Shown here one piece after another: positions 59,610-64,000 of a DNA stretch of 64,000 nucleotides (positions within the stretch are counted from its first letter, which is position 1; the number at the start of each line of letters is the position of its first letter). The stretch is taken from contig JAJYTC010000001.1 in assembly GCA_021793275.1 (NCBI GenBank), positions 26,045 through 90,044 on the forward strand, given 5' to 3'. The notes under the pieces are model-generated. The model searched no databases, was not told where the DNA came from, and saw only the letters and a program-made list of their open reading frames with translations. This DNA comes from Deltaproteobacteria bacterium (GTDB lineage: Bacteria; Desulfobacterota; Syntrophobacteria; Syntrophobacterales; Syntrophobacteraceae). The position numbers and the translations under genes were made by a program.

Positions 59610-59843
59610 ATGCAGGTCTCGAAATGGGGTAACAGTCTTGCCATCCGGTTGCCCGCCTCCGTGGTTGAGCCACTGGGTCTTAGGGAAGGCGACGAAATTG
59701 AGGTGCTTATTGCGGACGAACGGGGGTTCCGAGTAAGGAAAAAGACCGGCAGAGAGGCTTTCATCGAACGGTTGCGCAGGTTTCGGGGAAAGCTGCCGGC
59801 CGATTTCAACTTCGATCGACACGAGGCCAACGACCGATCCTAA
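59610..59843 (+). CDS. AbrB/MazE/SpoVT-family antitoxin (VapB-type)
   Basis: 'MQVSKWGNSLAIRLPASVVEPLGLREGDEIEV'. Confidence 0.8.
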   Translation: MQVSKWGNSLAIRLPASVVEPLGLREGDEIEVLIADERGFRVRKKTGREAFIERLRRFRGKLPADFNFDRHEANDRS

Positions 59844-59844
59844 A

Positions 59845-59880
59845 GTCTTTATCGACACCAATGTGCCGCTCTGCCCTCAT
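59845..59880 (+). pseudogene. N-terminal stub of a PIN-domain (VapC) toxin
   Basis: 'VFIDTNVPL' begins 2 nt after the antitoxin stop, where a vapC would begin. Similarity is lost at the REP element, and there is no start codon. Confidence 0.4.
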
Positions 59881-59892
59881 CCGAGCCGGGTA

Positions 59893-59922
59893 GATTGGGG
59901 TGAGAGAAGCGAACCCCAACAT
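59893..59922. repeat. REP hairpin (TTGGGGT..ACCCCAA), left flank of RAYT-2
   Basis: 'gattggggtgagagaagcgaaccccaacat'. It is the inverted copy of 60491-60522. Confidence 0.6.
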
Positions 59923-59942
59923 TTTCCACGGGTGGTCGCCTG

Positions 59943-60476
59943 ATGCGATACCGACGCGCCAAGGTAGCAGGAGGAACCTATTTCTTCACGCTCAACCTGG
60001 CTGAGCGGGACCGAACGGCGCGGGTGGACCATGTGGACTCACTTCGATCGCCCATACGGGAGGTTATGGCGAGACGCCCTTTTTATATCGATGTCATAGT
60101 GATCCTTCCCGATCATCTCCATGCTCTGTGGACTCTACCGATGAACGATTGTGATTATCCAATGCGGTGGGCTTTGATCAAAGCGGGATTTTCGCGGCAG
60201 GTTCCCCGGGGCGAGCGATGCAATCCGAGCCGTGTATCCAAGAGCGAACGAGGCATTTGGCAAAGACGCTATTGGGAGCATCTGATTCGAGATGAACGAG
60301 ATTACGGGCGTCACGTAGATTACATCCACTTCAATCCGGTCAAACACGGCTATGCCGGTCGTGCTTCGGATTGGCCGTATTCCAGCATCCGCCGTTACAT
60401 TGCCGCCGGTACGCTGGATCGCAATTGGGGCGGAGAAGTGCAATGCCAGGACGGGTATAGTTTCGGCGAGCGGTGA
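59943..60476 (+). CDS. REP-associated tyrosine transposase (RAYT), copy 2
   Basis: Contains 'LPDHLHALW' (HUH), 'WQRRYWEH' and 'YIHFNPVKH'. By eye, roughly half its residues are identical to copy 1. Confidence 0.9.
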   Translation: MRYRRAKVAGGTYFFTLNLAERDRTARVDHVDSLRSPIREVMARRPFYIDVIVILPDHLHALWTLPMNDCDYPMRWALIKAGFSRQVPRGERCNPSRVSKSERGIWQRRYWEHLIRDERDYGRHVDYIHFNPVKHGYAGRASDWPYSSIRRYIAAGTLDRNWGGEVQCQDGYSFGER

Positions 60477-60490
60477 AAGACGGGTGTTGG

Positions 60491-60522
60491 ATGTTGGGGT
60501 TCGCATTCGCTCACCCCAACAT
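60491..60522. repeat. REP hairpin (ATGTTGGGGT..ACCCCAACAT), right flank of RAYT-2
   Basis: A 10-bp perfect stem with the 12-nt loop 'tcgcattcgctc'. Confidence 0.65.
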
Positions 60523-60592
60523 ACGGCGCCGGCTGACACACTGCCGTTGCGTGAAATTGAAAATGCGCCTCGGGCTTTGAGATAAATTCGAC

Positions 60593-61159
60593 ATGCAAAG
60601 AATTCTCCTTCATATTTGTTGCGGCCCGTGTTCGATTTACCCGGTTTCGGCCCTGCGCGGCGAAGACTTCGCCGTCCACGGTTTTTTCTACAATCCTCAC
60701 ATTCAGCCTTACCGGGAATTCGAAAAAAGGCTTGAAACCCTGCGCTCCTTCGCGCAGAGTGAAGAGCTGCCGCTTATCGTAAGGACCGACTACGACCCGG
60801 AAACCTTCTTCCGGCAAGTGGCCTTTCGTGAAGCCAACCGTTGCATTTATTGCTATTCTCTGAGGTTGGAGGCCGCGGCCCGCCTGGCCAAAAAGAGCCG
60901 TTTCGACGCCTTCACCACGACGCTTCTCTACAGCAAGCGCCAGAAACATGAACTCATCGTGTCCATTGCCGAAGAGGCTGCCCGCAAATACGGAATCGAT
61001 TTCCTTTACAGGGACTTCAGGTCCGGATGGCGCCAAGGGCAGCAGAAAGCTGAAGCGCTCGGCATGTATAGACAACAGTATTGCGGATGTATTTACTCCG
61101 AGATGGAAAGGTTCTCTCATGATCGCAGCGCTCGAACATTGCGGCATCCGGATCGATGA
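60593..61159 (+). CDS. queH: epoxyqueuosine reductase QueH (DUF208)
   Basis: 'LLHICCGPCS', 'RCIYCYSLRL' and 'YCGCIYSE'. Confidence 0.9.
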   Translation: MQRILLHICCGPCSIYPVSALRGEDFAVHGFFYNPHIQPYREFEKRLETLRSFAQSEELPLIVRTDYDPETFFRQVAFREANRCIYCYSLRLEAAARLAKKSRFDAFTTTLLYSKRQKHELIVSIAEEAARKYGIDFLYRDFRSGWRQGQQKAEALGMYRQQYCGCIYSEMERFSHDRSARTLRHPDR

Positions 61160-61595
61160 AAACGGAGACTGGTTTTATAACGGAAGCAGGATATTCCGGC
61201 CGGACATACTGGAAACCCTCTATGAAAAGCTGGAACTGTTGCCTACGGGCGAGTACGTCCTTTCGGACTCAAAGGAACGCTGCCTCCTCGAGGTAGCCGA
61301 CACTCCCTTCGTAGTTTCAAGGGTGGATCTTGAACGGGACAACTCCGGTGGCGAGCGGATTATGATCGGGCTCAAAAACCTTTCGCGCTCTGAAATCCTC
61401 GATCCCGGCACACTCAAGACCGGAAAGGGCAATGTTCTTTACTGCACGACGGCGGGAGGACGCTTCCCTGCCAGGTTTTCGCGCCCCGCCTATTATCAGC
61501 TCGCCGACTTCATACGGGAGGATGAATCGGGGCAGGGCTTTTTTATCGAGCTTGGCGGAAAAAGACACCCCATTCAAATGGACGGCACGCGTTGA
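61119..61595 (+). CDS. DUF1285-like protein
   Basis: 'IRIDENGDWFYNGSRIFRPDILETL'. It overlaps the end of queH by 41 nt. Confidence 0.65.
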   Translation: MIAALEHCGIRIDENGDWFYNGSRIFRPDILETLYEKLELLPTGEYVLSDSKERCLLEVADTPFVVSRVDLERDNSGGERIMIGLKNLSRSEILDPGTLKTGKGNVLYCTTAGGRFPARFSRPAYYQLADFIREDESGQGFFIELGGKRHPIQMDGTR

Positions 61596-61622
61596 GCCCT
61601 GCGCACAACCCTCCGGCCGGCG

Positions 61623-63044
61623 CTAGGAAGCCGAGGTGACCGTATTTCCTCCCGCCTTCTTTGACTTGTACATGGCTTTGTCTGCCCGGTTGAAGACCGT
61701 TTCGATGGTTTGGTCGTCCTCCAGGGCCTGGGTCACCCCGACGCTTATGGTCATACTTATCTCTTGCTTGTGGTAAACCAGGCGGGTATTCTGGATCAAC
61801 TTCCGCAGTCTTTCCGCCACGACGACCGCGCTCTGCTGACAGGTGGCCGGAAAGATCAATACAAATTCGTCTCCTCCCCACCGTCCGATAAGATCCGTTT
61901 CACGCAGAATGGGGCTGATTCGCTTTACGATCTCTTTTAAACATCTGTCACCGGCCCAATGGCCGTGAGTGTCGTTTATGGACTTGAATCGATCGAGATC
62001 GAAGACCACCAGCGAAAACAACTGGTCGTATCTCTGGAAGCGGTACATTTCGCTTTTGAGGCGTTCCCTCAAGGCCCGCCGGTTGGCCACCCCGGTCAAG
62101 GAGTCGATGAGCACCTCCTTTTCGAGCGCCTTGCGTTTTTCATGGACCTGGTCGACTTCTTTTTTCATCCTGCTCAGGTTTAGATTCAGGGATTCCATCT
62201 CCTCTTTGAGCCTCTCATGGCGCAGCGCCTCCGAGCGGCGCTTTTCCTCCAGGGCGCTCCGTATCGATGCCAGTTTTAAAAGGACGAGTTCCCTGAACTC
62301 GGCCAGCGTGGTGCTGAGCTGTGCCGATTTTTTCATATCTTCCATGTGATTTTCTACTACTGTGTTGAATTTCTTATTTTCGTTCCGGCTCAGCCCTGTA
62401 TGGCTCATCGTATCCAGATATTGTCGCTCGAGTTCGAGCAGCCCTGCGCTCATCTCCGTTATGAACTCGGTGACCAGGGTGCGCTCCTCGTTTATCATCT
62501 GGTTGTAGAACTCGACGAGCATGATGATATCGTTTTTGAGCCTTACGACATCTTCGAGCCGGGCGCATTTTTGAATTTTTTCCCGCAGCATGGCCACCCG
62601 CCCGGAATATTCTTCTCCCAGGTCGTGATCGAATTCGCCGATCAGGCGCAGGAAGATTTCCCGGAGTTCCTCGAGGACGGCCTCTGCAACCGGGGCCAGG
62701 ACGCTGCCGGCATCCTGCGAAGCCTCTTCCTCGAAACTTTCACTTTTGATTATCGCGTTTCTCAAAGCCATGAGGCTCTTTTCTATCTCTTCAGCGGCGA
62801 ATTCTTTTTGTGCGGTGTTTTTGAAATCGAGAAGCCTCTGATTTACCGCCTGATTATCATTGCGCGCCAAGGCGCAGAGGGCGGTGATGGAGCGCCTCAG
62901 CAGATCGCGCATCCTTATTGCCTCTTCATGGTCCTCAACCGCGCTTTTAAAACCGGTCCCTTTCCCGTTGCTCTTCTCCGCTTCGGGCTGCGCATTTCTG
63001 GCAACCGAGTTTTCTTTCTGCCGGCCGACATCTGGCTCACTCAT
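61623..63044 (-). CDS. diguanylate cyclase (GGDEF) with a long coiled-coil N-terminus
   Basis: 'DSLTGVANRR', 'DLDRFKSINDTHGH' and 'RWGGDEFVLIF'. Confidence 0.9.
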   Translation of the reverse strand: MSEPDVGRQKENSVARNAQPEAEKSNGKGTGFKSAVEDHEEAIRMRDLLRRSITALCALARNDNQAVNQRLLDFKNTAQKEFAAEEIEKSLMALRNAIIKSESFEEEASQDAGSVLAPVAEAVLEELREIFLRLIGEFDHDLGEEYSGRVAMLREKIQKCARLEDVVRLKNDIIMLVEFYNQMINEERTLVTEFITEMSAGLLELERQYLDTMSHTGLSRNENKKFNTVVENHMEDMKKSAQLSTTLAEFRELVLLKLASIRSALEEKRRSEALRHERLKEEMESLNLNLSRMKKEVDQVHEKRKALEKEVLIDSLTGVANRRALRERLKSEMYRFQRYDQLFSLVVFDLDRFKSINDTHGHWAGDRCLKEIVKRISPILRETDLIGRWGGDEFVLIFPATCQQSAVVVAERLRKLIQNTRLVYHKQEISMTISVGVTQALEDDQTIETVFNRADKAMYKSKKAGGNTVTSAS

Positions 63045-63046
63045 GG

Positions 63047-63289
63047 CTATAGAACCCTTTCTGTTTTTATCTTGTCGCTTACAGCTCCCCGTCCGCAGGA
63101 TTTTCCGCCTTTAGGGCTGAAAAGCTGGCATTGGACGCCGGAGGCAGCGTAGACTTCCCGGTGCGGAAGCCTGGACGACCTGATGCCCCACGCGGCGCAG
63201 CCGTACGGCGTTGCGGTGATCCACGTGATCAGATAGTGGATGCATTGGGTGCAATCGATCTTTTCCACGCTACTCTCCTGTTTGTGCAA
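63047..63289 (-). CDS. 80-aa Cys-rich hypothetical protein, immediately upstream of the cyclase
   Basis: 'CTQCIHYLITW..PYGCAAWGIRS...SGVQCQLFSPK'. Its stop lies 2 nt before the cyclase start. Confidence 0.5.
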   Translation of the reverse strand: MHKQESSVEKIDCTQCIHYLITWITATPYGCAAWGIRSSRLPHREVYAASGVQCQLFSPKGGKSCGRGAVSDKIKTERVL

Positions 63290-63599
63290 ATTACCCGGAA
63301 AAATTTGCCTACCTTTATGACCGTTAGAGGCTGATTTCCGTCAAGCACCCAATCCCGCGAAACGCGGAACTGCGGAGGCCGGGCCATCCTTGAACCGACA
63401 ATCGACTTGCGTCGTTTGCCTGGCCAAATTGCGACCGCGCATCTGGTCAGATCAATTTTCATGCCAATTCTGTTCAGGTCGTGTGTAAGTTAAAGCAGAA
63501 AGCGAGAAGCGAAAAAAAACGATTCAAATTGTTTTTCGGCCTCTTTTCCGTTAAGTATTTCAAATCATATTCCGATTCCTTGTCAGGAGGAATGGTGGC

Positions 63600-63878
63600 A
63601 TGGTCATCACAGGCTATCAGGTTCAGAGTGTTTTGCGCACGTACACTCGACAGTTGAAGAAGTCGAAGCTTCTGGCGAAAGAGGGGCGGGATTCGAGCAC
63701 CTCGGACAGTGGCGAGGCAAAGATATCGATCTCTGACGAGAGCAAGCGCAAGCTCATCATGGACCGTCTGACCAGCAGGATTTTGGATAATATGTGCCCC
63801 AAACAGGATGATGAAGCCGGTCCGGCAGGAAGGGTATCCGCGAACAGCGACGGACCGGTGGCGGAAGGAAATCAATGA
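63600..63878 (+). CDS. hypothetical protein, possibly an FlgM-associated protein
   Basis: An AGGAGGA RBS precedes the start. Its stop overlaps the next start in an ATGA. Any family resemblance is from memory only. Confidence 0.4.
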   Translation: MVITGYQVQSVLRTYTRQLKKSKLLAKEGRDSSTSDSGEAKISISDESKRKLIMDRLTSRILDNMCPKQDDEAGPAGRVSANSDGPVAEGNQ

Positions 63879-64000
63879 ACATTATGAAAATCCCGTCGTA
63901 TACTGCGAATGCCGTTGGGAGTTCGGGTTCAGCGGGCGGGAAATCGGACGCGTCGGAAAAGAGTGCGGGTGTAAACGGTAGTTCTTCCGACCGGGTTCAG
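63875..64000 (+). CDS. partial ORF, FlgM-like anti-sigma-28 N-terminus (truncated by the window end)
   Basis: A low-complexity Ser/Gly-rich N-terminus ending '..SSSDRVQ', as in FlgM proteins. Only 42 aa are visible. Confidence 0.35.
   Translation, partial: MNIMKIPSYTANAVGSSGSAGGKSDASEKSAGVNGSSSDRVQ

Overview
This is a GC-rich chromosomal window. Its gene content points to an anaerobic Desulfobacterota or syntroph-like bacterium; that placement is inferred from gene content only. Supporting genes are a membrane H+/Na+-pyrophosphatase, a PPi-dependent phosphofructokinase, a split B12-dependent acyl-CoA mutase with MeaB, and a periplasmic [NiFe] hydrogenase with its maturation genes. Most of the window is housekeeping. 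It includes the conserved ffh-rpsP-KH-rimM-trmD-rplS-rnhB-yraN-rsmI block, gatCA, proC, folP-glmM-coaX, a murein-recycling ldcA/serine hydrolase/mpl group, queH and an M16 peptidase. The accessory pockets are: (i) a toxin-antitoxin islet at 2.2-3.9 kb, holding an orphan HicB, an intact HigBA pair and a decayed HigA; (ii) an orphan TcmP-like gene beside an AT-rich spacer and two tiny Cys-rich ORFs at 7.7-9.6 kb; (iii) two diverged REP-associated tyrosine transposases (RAYTs), each bracketed by its own REP hairpins, the second apparently having replaced the PIN toxin of a VapBC pair; (iv) a 1157-aa LonA-like protease with non-canonical N- and C-terminal regions, followed by about 0.8 kb with no believable ORF and a BrnTA pair whose toxin carries a nonsense codon; (v) a pervasive family of heptanucleotide tandem arrays (AGTGAAC and AGTCNAA types) at gene 3' ends, often as inverted pairs, with several genes terminating inside them. 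I found no CRISPR array, tRNA or rRNA. I do not see a convincing multi-gene novel system. The best candidates for follow-up are the TcmP-like orphan, the atypical Lon, the RAYT/REP insertion into vapC and the heptamer-array modules. All family assignments rest on motif recognition by eye and need HMM or BLAST confirmation.
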